Source: Candidatus Heimdallarchaeota archaeon (GTDB lineage Archaea; Asgardarchaeota; Heimdallarchaeia; Hodarchaeales; Hodarchaeaceae). Taken from it: a DNA stretch of 64,000 nucleotides. Positions 19,901-29,056 of the stretch are shown piece by piece. Position 1 is the stretch's first letter; the number at the start of each line of letters is the position of its first letter. The notes under the pieces were generated by a model. It did no database searches, was not told the origin of the DNA, and was given only the letters and a program-made list of their open reading frames with translations. The position numbers were made by a program, and so were the translations under genes. The stretch is taken from assembly GCA_020353515.1 (NCBI GenBank), contig CP070695.1, forward strand, positions 2,422,966 through 2,486,965, given 5' to 3'.

Positions 19901-19986
19901 ATAAAAAAGCCTGATATAATCAGCAAGAACATTCCTAAAATTAAGAACATTGACTTTTTCTGTCTTTTAATAGTGAACATTATCAT
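16966..19986 (-). CDS. Secreted surface protein: five tandem ~150-aa beta-rich repeats, two Ig-like domains, Thr/Pro linker, PGF-type C-terminal sorting signal
   Basis: Signal peptide; repeat consensus LDQ.Q...WQEF.P...TLT.LDL...G.PGN...WV.IS...SYYI...SNY.RG...D.AF.TW; ends TPGFTALIAGFAILSVLVFLRRRH. Confidence 0.8.
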   Translation of the reverse strand: MIMFTIKRQKKSMFLILGMFLLIISGFFIFQTSGAYEIGEDLDQTQGDENYGYWFDDTVIRWQEFRPMYSTLTRLDLNVDKIGNPGNMLVNITDGQQSLWNTTVLEANIMSGATWVNITLESALPLIPERLYYIYVRSDTDSTSTSDRYTWDGHLNSNYTRGVSSITTQPNFDFTFVTWSLSNDREIYLDQTQNGVNYGFWFEAEVIRWQEFKPLYSTLTRLDLYINKYGNPGNMQIKISDGHRTLWNTTILEADINTFGWINISVDPALPLVPEQSYFISVGSDAPSPDVDNQYVWRGFIKSNYYRGMPSVGDGWPTYDFAFRTWSTPSDTATYLDQVQEAVNYGFAFTDSWNAWQEFVPLFAPLTQLDLNIQRMGDPGNVLVNITDGQTTVWNTTVSQAEIPAPGGWVSISFLSALPLIPGNSYYIYIRSVDPMVSGTHYYAWSGHIVSNYTRGDTNVQSGWPTYDYAFRTWIRSSDLSGFTDQIQDSIDEGYFFSNSWNAWQEFKPYYSTLTQLDLYFKRIGDPGNVLVNITDDQSTLWITTIFEADMPVTEGWVSISFPAPLSLIPENSYYIYVRSEDPYIPLTQYYLWMGHPISNYTRGITNKQASNPTFDYAFKTTGLFCDRSAYLDQVQDSTGLSVMLDEDLIRWQEFIPVYDTLTRLDLYITRDGDPGNVLINISQGQNILWQTMILPTDITILGWVNISIPGSLHLIAGQSYNISICTDTPSTGPANRYYWRGIPGVSSNYYRGISSLEESDPGFDFSFRVWGQYDVNPPKITITNPTNQGYSSSSIWLNFTVNEPTSWIGYSLDGAANVTITENKLLDSLSEGTHNVTIYTNDLAGNSGSFTVDWFTIDTLNPNIDLAGPMNVTYTTDEVWIDFTIDEPASWIGYSLDGATNITITGNTLLGSLSEGSHYLVIYTSDLVGNTGETSVWFTVEIPEPEPTTTIPVEPDGTTAPTTTEPEPSTSTTSIERPSVSTPGFTALIAGFAILSVLVFLRRRH

Positions 19987-20184
19987 ATTAATTATTATCT
20001 CCTTGCATGTAAGTGATGACTCTTAAAAATTCTCCTTCCCGATGTATAAATAATTTTCTAAATGAAGGATTTTCTCTCGTCTATAAGGATAAGGAATCCC
20101 AACATTAAAGAGAAGGAGATTAATTCAATTTTATACCAAGTAAATATCATAAAATAAAAAAGAAAGTATTACGGGGTAATTTTT

Positions 20185-21225
20185 ATGCCAATTGAAACAA
20201 AAATTACCAATATGTTCGGAATTAAACATCCTATTATTGCTGCACCAATGGCTCCTTTCCACACTACTGAGCTAACTATTGCGGTTTCCGAAGCAGGGGG
20301 ATTAGGTGTTCTTTCTCAAATTGGTCTTCTAGATGAGGACAGAAATCCTGTTGATGTGATGAAAAAGAATATGCAGTATGTTGTTGAACATACAGACAAA
20401 CCTTTCGGATTTAATATTCGAACTTCTAGATTAGAACCCTTTGCATCAGCTTTATGTTCTGAAATCCCAAAATTCATCCTAGGAAATCGAAGAATAAAGG
20501 AGCAGTGCGTTTATGCTCTAACAAGTGCAGGCTCACCAAAACCACTCCCAAGTTCTAAATCGTTTCAGGAATTGAAAAGGAGCTCTCAGATTAAGCATTT
20601 TCATGTTGCGCCAGCTTTATGGTTAGCTAAAAAATGTGTTGATACTGAAGTCGACGGATTAGTTGTTACAGGTAATGAAGGGGGTGGACATCAATCATAT
20701 GAAAAGGTGAGTTCCCTTGTACTTCTTCAGCAAGTACAGCAAGAATTTCCAAATATTCCCCGTATTGCATGTGGAGGTTTTGCGACAGGTGAGGGATTAG
20801 CTGCAGCTCTATCACTTGGAGCAGGCGCAATTGCCATGGGATCCCGTTTTATCGCTTCAAAAGAATGTGAATTTCATGATACATACAAGAATGTCGTTCC
20901 ACCTGCTAAAGCTCAAGATACCATACTTGTTACAGGGATATTAGGTCCTATTCGACTGTGGAAGAATAAGTATAGTCTCCACCACGATTTGGTAGCTACT
21001 AAGGAGGAAAAGATAACCCAGGAATCAGGGATGGATAAAGAAGAATTGGGGGCAGCAGCACGAGCATATGATTTAGCATACCAAGGAAATGTCGATGATG
21101 GGGCAGTTCTTCTAGGACAAAGTATTGGTCTGATTGAAAGCATTGAAAATGTTTCAGTTATAATTGAAAGAATAGTGAGAGACGCTGAAAAAGCGATTAA
21201 AGATACAGTAAGTTATTTCAAATGA
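20185..21225 (+). CDS. Nitronate monooxygenase / FabK-like flavin oxidoreductase
   Basis: HPIIAAPM, VSEAGGLG, GNEGGGH, ACGGFATGEGLAAALSLGAGAIAMGSRF, GQSIGLI. Confidence 0.9.
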   Translation: MPIETKITNMFGIKHPIIAAPMAPFHTTELTIAVSEAGGLGVLSQIGLLDEDRNPVDVMKKNMQYVVEHTDKPFGFNIRTSRLEPFASALCSEIPKFILGNRRIKEQCVYALTSAGSPKPLPSSKSFQELKRSSQIKHFHVAPALWLAKKCVDTEVDGLVVTGNEGGGHQSYEKVSSLVLLQQVQQEFPNIPRIACGGFATGEGLAAALSLGAGAIAMGSRFIASKECEFHDTYKNVVPPAKAQDTILVTGILGPIRLWKNKYSLHHDLVATKEEKITQESGMDKEELGAAARAYDLAYQGNVDDGAVLLGQSIGLIESIENVSVIIERIVRDAEKAIKDTVSYFK

Positions 21226-21338
21226 TGAAATTATACAAAATAGATTGAGGGATTTATACAAAAAATAAACACAAAGTTGGTTTACATACAATCCTCTCTG
21301 AAACCCAGAAGGTACCACACTATCTACGTGATAAAATC

Positions 21339-23057
21339 ATGATTTCACCAAATTCTGAAAAAGACCATTTAGGAAAAGACTTCATTCGTAAAATGATTTC
21401 GGAAGATGTGAAAAATAATAAAAACAATGGCCGAGTCCATACCCGTTTTCCTCCTGAACCAAATGGCTGGCTCCATATAGGCCATGCAAAATCAATTCAT
21501 CTCAATTTCACTATCGCAGAAGAATTCAATGGATTATGTAATTTACGGTTTGATGATACTGATCCGGCAAAAGAAAGTATGGAATACGTTGAAGCCATAA
21601 AAAAAGATGTTCAATGGCTTGGGTTCGATTGGGAGGATAGACTCTATTTTGCTTCAGATTATTTTGAACAGTTATATCAATTTGCTATAGAACTGATTAA
21701 AGCTGGTAAAGCGTATATCTGTGATTTGAGTGTTTCCGAAATTAAAGAACAAAGAGGAACCTCTGAAGAACCAGGGATTGAAAGTCCGTATCGGAACCGA
21801 TCAGTAGAGGAAAATATTGATTTATTCGAGAGGATGCGTAAAGGAGAGTTTGAAGACGGTTCCCGAGTGTTACGGGCTAAGATTGATATGACTTCTCCTA
21901 ATATGCTAATGCGTGATCCAATTATGTACCGAATCAAGAGAGAAGCACATTATAGAACTGGAAACGATTGGGTAATTTATCCCAGTTATGATTATACTCA
22001 CGGTCAGTCTGATGCAATCGAAGGAATCACACATTCACTCTGTTCTTTGGAATTCGAAACTCATAGACCTCTTTATAATTGGTATAGAGATCAATTGTTA
22101 ACTTTAAACTTACTTAAATTCTGCCCAGAGCAGACTGAATTTTCACGATTGAACTTGACATATACTGTTATGAGCAAACGACGCTTATTAGAATTGGTTG
22201 AAGGTGGACATGTTTCTGGTTGGGATGATCCCCGTATGCCAACTCTTGCTGGTTTACGAAGACGTGGACTGCCCCCTGAAGCTATTAGGCGTTTCTTAGC
22301 AAAAGTAGGCATTTCTAAAAGGGAGAACTATATTGATGTGGGTCTCTTAGAATCCTGTATTCGTGAGGAATTGGATGAAACGTGTAAACGTGTGATGGCT
22401 GTATTACGGCCTTTAAAGGTTATCATCCTGAATTATCCTGAAGGTGTTGTTGAAGAGTTAGAGGCATCCAATCATCCTAAAGATTCAAGTATGGGCTCGC
22501 GAAAAATTCCATTTTCACGGATACTGTATATAGAGCGTGATGATTTTCTTGAAGATCCACCTAAAAAGTTCTATCGATTAGCTCCTGGAAGAGAAGTCCG
22601 ATTACGATATGCCTATTTCATCAAATGTGTTGATGTTATCAAAGACGGAATAAATGGCGAGATTAAAGAAGTACATGTGACTTATGATCCAGAGACTAAA
22701 GGAGGATTTGCTCCAGATGGACGTAAAGTGAAAGCTACTCTCCACTGGGTTTCAGCGAACCATGCAATTCCTGCAGAAGCACGTTTATATGATCGGCTTT
22801 TTATTAAGGAAAATCCAATGGACGATGCTAACTTCATTAAAAATCTAAATACTGATTCATTAGAGAAGCTAACCTGTTTTGTGGAATCAAGTCTTGTGAG
22901 TGCGGCTCCAGGAATGAGATACCAATTTGAACGATTAGGATATTTCTGCGTGGATTCAGTTGACTCCTCAGGTAAACGACTGGTCTTCAATCGAACAATA
23001 ACTTTACGCGATACTTGGTCTAAGCTCAAACAATCCCAAAAAAGGATGAAAAAATAA
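21339..23057 (+). CDS. glnS: Glutamine--tRNA ligase (GlnRS)
   Basis: [91 protein letters not shown]; overall pattern typical of GlnRS. Confidence 0.9.
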   Translation: MISPNSEKDHLGKDFIRKMISEDVKNNKNNGRVHTRFPPEPNGWLHIGHAKSIHLNFTIAEEFNGLCNLRFDDTDPAKESMEYVEAIKKDVQWLGFDWEDRLYFASDYFEQLYQFAIELIKAGKAYICDLSVSEIKEQRGTSEEPGIESPYRNRSVEENIDLFERMRKGEFEDGSRVLRAKIDMTSPNMLMRDPIMYRIKREAHYRTGNDWVIYPSYDYTHGQSDAIEGITHSLCSLEFETHRPLYNWYRDQLLTLNLLKFCPEQTEFSRLNLTYTVMSKRRLLELVEGGHVSGWDDPRMPTLAGLRRRGLPPEAIRRFLAKVGISKRENYIDVGLLESCIREELDETCKRVMAVLRPLKVIILNYPEGVVEELEASNHPKDSSMGSRKIPFSRILYIERDDFLEDPPKKFYRLAPGREVRLRYAYFIKCVDVIKDGINGEIKEVHVTYDPETKGGFAPDGRKVKATLHWVSANHAIPAEARLYDRLFIKENPMDDANFIKNLNTDSLEKLTCFVESSLVSAAPGMRYQFERLGYFCVDSVDSSGKRLVFNRTITLRDTWSKLKQSQKRMKK

Positions 23058-23116
23058 TTTATCCTTTTATCACAAAAATCTAGTAATTTTACGTCCTTTT
23101 CATGTTAAAAGGGTGA

Positions 23117-23188
23117 CAGCCCCGCCCAGAATCGAACTGGGGTTATAGGATTCAGAGTCCTAAGTGATAACCGCTACACCACGGGGCT
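23117..23188 (-). tRNA. tRNA-Gln(CUG)
   Basis: Minus strand: AGCCCCG acceptor stem, anticodon arm TAGGA-CTCTGAA-TCCTA, T arm CCCAG-TTCGATT-CTGGG, 3' CGGGGCT-G; no intron, CCA not encoded. Confidence 0.95.
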
Positions 23189-23233
23189 CATCATGCGAAT
23201 CATCATATTTAAGTCAAGTATAGAAGAAAGAAA

Positions 23234-23306
23234 CAGCCCCGCCCAGATTTGAACTGGGGTCGAGAGGGTCAAAGCCTCTTATGCTAGTCCACTACACCAC
23301 GGGGCT
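23234..23306 (-). tRNA. tRNA-Gln(UUG)
   Basis: Minus strand: AGCCCCG acceptor stem, anticodon arm AGAGG-CTTTGAC-CCTCT, T arm CCCAG-TTCAAAT-CTGGG, 3' CGGGGCT-G. Confidence 0.95.
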
Positions 23307-23410
23307 TCAATATCTTTCTTTTTCTGATTGATAATATCCACTCTCAAAAATCTATATATCTGTTACTTTTGAATTGATTCTCTCAAAGAACCCTTTAAAT
23401 TTCTCTGAAT

Positions 23411-24904
23411 TTAATTTCCATTATTTTTAGGAATTGAGAAAGAAAAATTACTGCCTCCATCTTCTCCTTCTGATTCAACCCAGATTCTCCCCTCATGTAA
23501 TTCGACAATGGATCTTGAAATATAAAGACCTAATCCAAGTCCTTGACCTTGAACCCTGGTGACATTTTCGTTCTTTTGTAAATCAAAAATATTATCAAAA
23601 TCATCAGGATGAATTCCTCTTCCCTCATCTTTAACTGAAATCACGTACTCATGTGTAGTTTCTCTTATTGTAACGACAATTTCCCCCTCATCAGAAAATT
23701 TGACTGAGTTTTCTATCAAGTTGCGGAGTACTTGGTCAATCCTGTCTGGATCAATGTTTACTTTGTCAAATGATTCATCATCTTGTATCATATAACTTAT
23801 CTTCAGGTTATTTTTCTCAACATATTTTTGCATATTTTTTACTGTATTCACAACAATTTCTCTCAAATCAACTAACTCTTTTTCTAATTCAAATAAACCT
23901 CTCCTCAAACGAGCTAAATCATAACTCATATCGGTCATTTTTTCTATTCGATGATAATTTCTTTGAATAACATTGAATGTTTTTTGACGTTGTTCCTTAG
24001 TTAAATTTCCTTTGTTTTCATCCCGATGGAGTAACTCGATATTCCCCCACATTATAGATAATGGTGTCCGCATCTCATGTGAGGCAAAATCCATCAACTG
24101 ATTCTTAATTTCATCTAATTCCTTTAATTCTTCAAGTTGGAATTCAATAATCTGCCACGCGATATCCCTTAGGTGTTTCCGAGTAAGGACAATTATAATA
24201 ATACAGATTACTAATCCAACGGTATTTAAAACCCCTCCAATAAATAAGAAGTCTGTTGTCCGTCCAATGGCTTTGATTGTTTCCCCAATTCTACCAAACA
24301 ACCATGCAACAGCAAAGAACTTCAAATATTCCTGTTTTACAAGGAATTTTCCTTTTTTGGGGAAAAAAATGTTCGAAAACCTTTGTGAAAAGCAGGTTAT
24401 TACAAAAAATCCAATTATTGATTCTGCTACCAATAGAAATAGGAAGTACCATATATCTGTCAAGAACAATTGAAAAACCGATGCAAGGATCAGAGTTCCC
24501 CGATCAAGTAGTAAATATCTAAGTATGGAGAAAAAACCAAAAAACAAGCAAATTCCAACAAGAATTTTCTGAATTGTGTTTTGATATGAGAATTCTGCTT
24601 CTGCAATTACAAATAAAGATAGAAAAATTAACAAGGAAGTAATTGAAATTATTGTTAAGACACTAGTAACAGTATTGAAAAATTCTAATCCTTGGCTGTA
24701 CAAAGAGACATAGAGATACTGAGTAAAGTGATAACCAGTCATAGCACTGTAGGTGACTAATAAAGCTTTGTTTATCTGCGTACGAAGGTCTTGACCATCA
24801 AGAAGATAGAATAATCCCATGAAAAGGAACAACAAGGATAAAATGGTATTAGATACGTATATAAACGATAAATATATATTTGTTAATGTGATAGCCAATA
24901 CCAT
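23411..24904 (-). CDS. Membrane sensor histidine kinase (about 7 TM + HisKA + HATPase_c)
   Basis: H-box ASHEMRTPLS, N-box QVLRNLIENSVKF, DEGRGI, GLGLGLYIS, HEGRIWVES. Confidence 0.93.
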   Translation of the reverse strand: MVLAITLTNIYLSFIYVSNTILSLLFLFMGLFYLLDGQDLRTQINKALLVTYSAMTGYHFTQYLYVSLYSQGLEFFNTVTSVLTIISITSLLIFLSLFVIAEAEFSYQNTIQKILVGICLFFGFFSILRYLLLDRGTLILASVFQLFLTDIWYFLFLLVAESIIGFFVITCFSQRFSNIFFPKKGKFLVKQEYLKFFAVAWLFGRIGETIKAIGRTTDFLFIGGVLNTVGLVICIIIIVLTRKHLRDIAWQIIEFQLEELKELDEIKNQLMDFASHEMRTPLSIMWGNIELLHRDENKGNLTKEQRQKTFNVIQRNYHRIEKMTDMSYDLARLRRGLFELEKELVDLREIVVNTVKNMQKYVEKNNLKISYMIQDDESFDKVNIDPDRIDQVLRNLIENSVKFSDEGEIVVTIRETTHEYVISVKDEGRGIHPDDFDNIFDLQKNENVTRVQGQGLGLGLYISRSIVELHEGRIWVESEGEDGGSNFSFSIPKNNGN

Positions 24905-25078
24905 TTCACCTTATATCAAAATTCGAGATTTTTGGAAGCACTCTTAAATTAACCCAAAATATAACTTCAAGATTAGAGTGTCCTCTTTTCTCTAAATCAA
25001 CAATATTATGTAAAAATAACTAAACATATCTAGAGAACTTGTTCTGAAATTCAGCAAAAAAATTGATTTATTGCCTAG

Positions 25079-26236
25079 TTAAGATACAGGTTTCCACAAA
25101 ATGCCAAGCTCTTCAGCTTTATCACGAGCTAGGGTCAATTCTTCAAAGGTAATCCCTCGATTGATTTCGTTAAACTTATCACTGTGCCTACGAACCTGAT
25201 GCATTGGCCGATATTGCCCCATTATATTAACCAACGCTTTTGGGACGTTTTTAGCACACCATTCTAAGATTGGGTAAGTATCAGCTTCTATTCGCCCTGG
25301 CATTACTAAATGTCGAATTACAATCTCACCAGATCCTTGATCGTGCGCCATTTTTATGTTCCGAGTAATTACTTCCCAATAATTTGGGATTTTGGACATC
25401 CGTTGAGCAAAATGGTTATCAGCGTATTTTAAATCAGGAAGCCAGAAATCCATGACTTCTAGCAAAAGTTTCATCCCCTCAATACTAAGATACATATTTG
25501 AATTCCATAATTGACAAATATTAACCTTGAAATCATGTAAAGAATACAGAATAACATGAAGGTTCGAGGTAGGATCACCACCAACCCAATTAATGTTCCG
25601 GGCTCCTTCACGTGCTAGTGCTCCTGCTATAAGGGCAATTTGTTGAGGAGTTCGATCAACCCCGTCAAGAATTTCCCCACTTTTTGTATCTCGCCATTCT
25701 TGACTTATGGAATGATTCTGACAAAAAACACATTTAAATGTGCATCCTGAGAAAAAAATTGTTCCTGAAGGTCTTAAGACTGTCTCTTCTCCTGTATGCA
25801 GAAAAGCAGAACTAACAATTGCATCCTTTCCTACTTTACAAACACCAAGTTCCCCAGTTTCACGATTTTTCTGACATTTACGCTCACAAAAACAACATTC
25901 TTTCAGCATCTCATTAGCAATTTTAATCTTCAAATCAAGAAAGGAAGGCTTTACTGATGCCGGAACTTTATTTGAGTGAACTCCTTGATCATATTCTGTT
26001 ATAAAGGATGAAAATTCTTGAGTCAATCGTTCGTGTTCTTGCCAGAGAGTAGATAAATCACTATTTAATTTGATATCTGTCGAAATTCCTTTTGCTAAAA
26101 GATAGCGTGCGATTTTTTCTTCTTTAATTAGTTGATAATAGCGGTTTAGGCGACTAACAACTTCAGGGATTTTCCATACAGAAACAGAATCAGGTCGTGT
26201 ACGCCACATTTTTCTCTGATATATTTTGAACCTCAC
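25079..26236 (-). CDS. PflX-like radical SAM protein (PFL-activating enzyme-related)
   Basis: CCFCERKC..NR...G.C, SGTIFFSGCTFKCVFCQN, NINWVGGDPT, WNSNMY, RHLVMPG, NIMGQYRP. Confidence 0.88.
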   Translation of the reverse strand: MRFKIYQRKMWRTRPDSVSVWKIPEVVSRLNRYYQLIKEEKIARYLLAKGISTDIKLNSDLSTLWQEHERLTQEFSSFITEYDQGVHSNKVPASVKPSFLDLKIKIANEMLKECCFCERKCQKNRETGELGVCKVGKDAIVSSAFLHTGEETVLRPSGTIFFSGCTFKCVFCQNHSISQEWRDTKSGEILDGVDRTPQQIALIAGALAREGARNINWVGGDPTSNLHVILYSLHDFKVNICQLWNSNMYLSIEGMKLLLEVMDFWLPDLKYADNHFAQRMSKIPNYWEVITRNIKMAHDQGSGEIVIRHLVMPGRIEADTYPILEWCAKNVPKALVNIMGQYRPMHQVRRHSDKFNEINRGITFEELTLARDKAEELGILWKPVS

Positions 26237-26309
26237 ATATTAAAAAATGTCTAGAAGATTATAGGATTCTATTCTGTGATAACCACATTTTCAAGAATGT
26301 ACAGACATT

Positions 26310-27101
26310 TTACAGAAATGTGAGTAAGAATAATGTTGAAATACCGACTAATATGAAAATTAAACCCATAGCAAATGTTAAAGTTGTTTCATTTAACCTG
26401 TTTGAAAATACGGAACCCACACTACCACTAATTACCGCCCCAATGCTAATAATCAATCCATATTCAAAATTAATGTATCCCTGAATTGAATACCCTATCA
26501 CACCTGAAAGAGCAATGATTGCCATGATCGCTGTCGCTGTCCCAACAGCAGTATGAGGGGGATACTGGAATATCACCAATAACACGAAAATTATCATCAT
26601 CCCGCCCCCTGCTCCAAATATTCCACTCATTAAACCGATAAATAATCCGATCGATGATATAACAATCTCTTTTTGCCGTTCTGACTGAAATATTACTTTT
26701 TGTGATCCTGTTTTTTCAGGAGTCTTTCGTTGTTTGAAACTCCTAAACAGGATGATTATCCCGATTCCAATGAAAATCAAGCAAACTAAATTACTTAAAG
26801 AAGCTTCACCTGTATTTACAGCCACTAGTACTCCTATTTGGGAACCCACTAAGGCAGTAATAATTAATAGGAGAGTAGCGCGTAAATCGACTTTTTCCTT
26901 ACGAAAAAAAGATATAGCAACAATGGTGGCACCAACCATATCAACGAATAAACTTGTTCCAATCGCAGAATAGATTGACGTTGAGTAGAATAGGAGGAGG
27001 ATAGGGACAACAAACACAGATCCGCTTACGCCAAGAAGACTGATAATAAGTCCCACAGCTAATCCTAATATCAAGAGGCTACTTAGAGTTAAGAAATCCA
27101 A
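26310..27101 (-). CDS. TauE/SafE family sulfite exporter
   Basis: About 8 TM; LLGVSGSVFVVP...AIGTSL and GIFGAGGG...AVGTA duplicated motifs. Confidence 0.85.
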   Translation of the reverse strand: MDFLTLSSLLILGLAVGLIISLLGVSGSVFVVPILLLFYSTSIYSAIGTSLFVDMVGATIVAISFFRKEKVDLRATLLLIITALVGSQIGVLVAVNTGEASLSNLVCLIFIGIGIIILFRSFKQRKTPEKTGSQKVIFQSERQKEIVISSIGLFIGLMSGIFGAGGGMMIIFVLLVIFQYPPHTAVGTATAIMAIIALSGVIGYSIQGYINFEYGLIISIGAVISGSVGSVFSNRLNETTLTFAMGLIFILVGISTLFLLTFL

Positions 27102-27114
27102 CGTTTTTCACCTC

Positions 27115-28101
27115 TCAGATCATTTCTGGATTGAGTGTTCGATTATCAAACTGAGTTTTCAACTTATTGTATTCCATACGACTAAATGGACACTCTTTAA
27201 TGCAAACAGAACATCCATGATAGTCTAAAAACACAGGAAAACAGTACTCATTTGTAATATGCGTCAATAGGCCATTTTCATGTAAAGTGGGTTCTTCTTG
27301 AATAGCAAATCCAGGGCATTTTCGGATGCAACGACCACACGTTTGACAAAAGTGTGCTATCCATTCGTGAGGATTTCCTTGCGCAATTGGTAAATTCTCA
27401 ATACTAGTGTAGATAGCTGTGAGTCTTACTCGTGGCCCGTTTTCAGGAGTGATTATTAAACCATGTCTCCCATGGTATCCAATTCCAGCAAGTTCTGCAA
27501 GAGGAGGATATAGTACTAAACCTCCCAACGGATGCCCTGCTTGAACAGAAAAACCTTCTTGTCTAAGAAATGTAGTCAAGCGATTTGATGTTTTACCAAG
27601 ATCATCATATGTTTGCATTATCATATAAGCTGTTTCTGAACTTGGTGCTTTCTCTATTTTATCTCTATCCATTTCCATTGAAAGAATGATGACATTTTCG
27701 TGTAAAACAGCCTTATCTTTAAAAATCAATTTTCTTGGCAGCTTTATATACCCGATTGACGAGATTCCTAGTGATTTTGCATAGTTCTCAAAGGCTTGAA
27801 GTTGTTCATCTGTAATCGTTTTTTTCGAAACAACAGGATTTTGATCAATTGTTGTTAATGATCTCTTGATATTCTTGATATTAGAGGGCATTACTCGCAT
27901 TGTTCGAAATGAAGTAATCGGAAGTCTAGAATAATGCTTTACACCTTCGAGTACTATATCAAATCGCTCTGGTGATTCCTTATTACTCTTGATAACATTT
28001 TTATGACTGCTAAACTTAGATTCTTTGTTTAAAATACTCTGAAATTGCCATGTGGCCAAAGAATTCACAAAAAAATTCATTAGTCTAGCTCTGATACCCA
28101 T
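27115..28101 (-). CDS. Reductive dehalogenase/QueG-like cobalamin 2x[4Fe-4S] protein
   Basis: AELAGIGYHGRHGLIITPENGPRVRLTAIYT, FCQTCGRCIRKCPG, GCSVCIKECPF. Confidence 0.8.
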   Translation of the reverse strand: MGIRARLMNFFVNSLATWQFQSILNKESKFSSHKNVIKSNKESPERFDIVLEGVKHYSRLPITSFRTMRVMPSNIKNIKRSLTTIDQNPVVSKKTITDEQLQAFENYAKSLGISSIGYIKLPRKLIFKDKAVLHENVIILSMEMDRDKIEKAPSSETAYMIMQTYDDLGKTSNRLTTFLRQEGFSVQAGHPLGGLVLYPPLAELAGIGYHGRHGLIITPENGPRVRLTAIYTSIENLPIAQGNPHEWIAHFCQTCGRCIRKCPGFAIQEEPTLHENGLLTHITNEYCFPVFLDYHGCSVCIKECPFSRMEYNKLKTQFDNRTLNPEMI

Positions 28102-28177
28102 ATCGGCACCTGAAACGAGATAACAATGCTGTTTTCATATCTATTTTGCAGAGTTTTTTAAATCACATTAAAAATTG

Positions 28178-28903
28178 TCATTCTATCATCTCATTGATTT
28201 GTTTTACAATCGCTGAGATCATGATATCAACAATTACTTTTCCTTTTTCTCGTGTTGCTACGGTGGGATCCCCCCAGATTCCAGTTGGAGAAAAATGACC
28301 ATCACCTTTTGGATCTCGTGTTAATCCTCTTCTATTTGGTCTCAAATCTAAATCTTTGACCGCTTTGGACATATCCACTGTATCAGGAGCTATGTGAAGC
28401 ATGATGGAAGTTTCTTCTTCATCAGCGTGAGATCCTCCCTCTTGAACAAGTAGATTATCGGGTAATTCTTTGGAGATGTCTAGGACATTGAAATACTTTA
28501 GAGTTATATTTTCCTCACCTAGGATCTTTGCTGCCTGTTCTAATGGCAGGAGAGTAGAAACTCCAGTGTTTAGTATGTAAAATTTCTTAATTCCATACAA
28601 ACTCATTGATTGACAAATCTCTACTACTATACTGCAGAAAGTTTCCTTTTTGAGTGTAATAGAGCCTGGATATTCTGTAAATGCGGGATAATACCCATAC
28701 TGTAGTGTTGGAAGCACAATTGTAGGAATTTTGTCTTTCACTTGTTCTTTAAGAAATTCTGCTAACAAGAAATCGTTATTCAGTTGTAAATGGGGCCCAT
28801 GTTCTTTGGTACGAGCTCCTAGAGCTATTAGAGCTACTTCATAGCTATTAATAGTTTCTTCTGCCTCAATCCATGTTAAGTTCTCTAATTCTATACTTTT
28901 CAT
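28178..28903 (-). CDS. Creatininase / creatinine amidohydrolase family protein
   Basis: LTW.E, KEHGPHL...D, YPGSITL, HADEEETS, SPTGIWGDPTVATREKG. Confidence 0.9.
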   Translation of the reverse strand: MKSIELENLTWIEAEETINSYEVALIALGARTKEHGPHLQLNNDFLLAEFLKEQVKDKIPTIVLPTLQYGYYPAFTEYPGSITLKKETFCSIVVEICQSMSLYGIKKFYILNTGVSTLLPLEQAAKILGEENITLKYFNVLDISKELPDNLLVQEGGSHADEEETSIMLHIAPDTVDMSKAVKDLDLRPNRRGLTRDPKGDGHFSPTGIWGDPTVATREKGKVIVDIMISAIVKQINEMIE

Positions 28904-29056
28904 CCCAATCTACTTCAATTTACTAATACATGATTTTTGATTAGATAGAAAGAGAGATAATCATTGCATATTAAGATTATTCTTGTCTTCTTAAAAGTAA
29001 TTTCTGATAAATCATCAAAGGAATAATGCATTTTCCTGAATTTTAAGGCGAAATTT

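Noticed and set aside
23117-23306. Repeated tRNA 3' ends as attL/attR of an integrated element
   Set aside because: Both copies are full-length tRNA genes with different anticodons, only 45 nt apart
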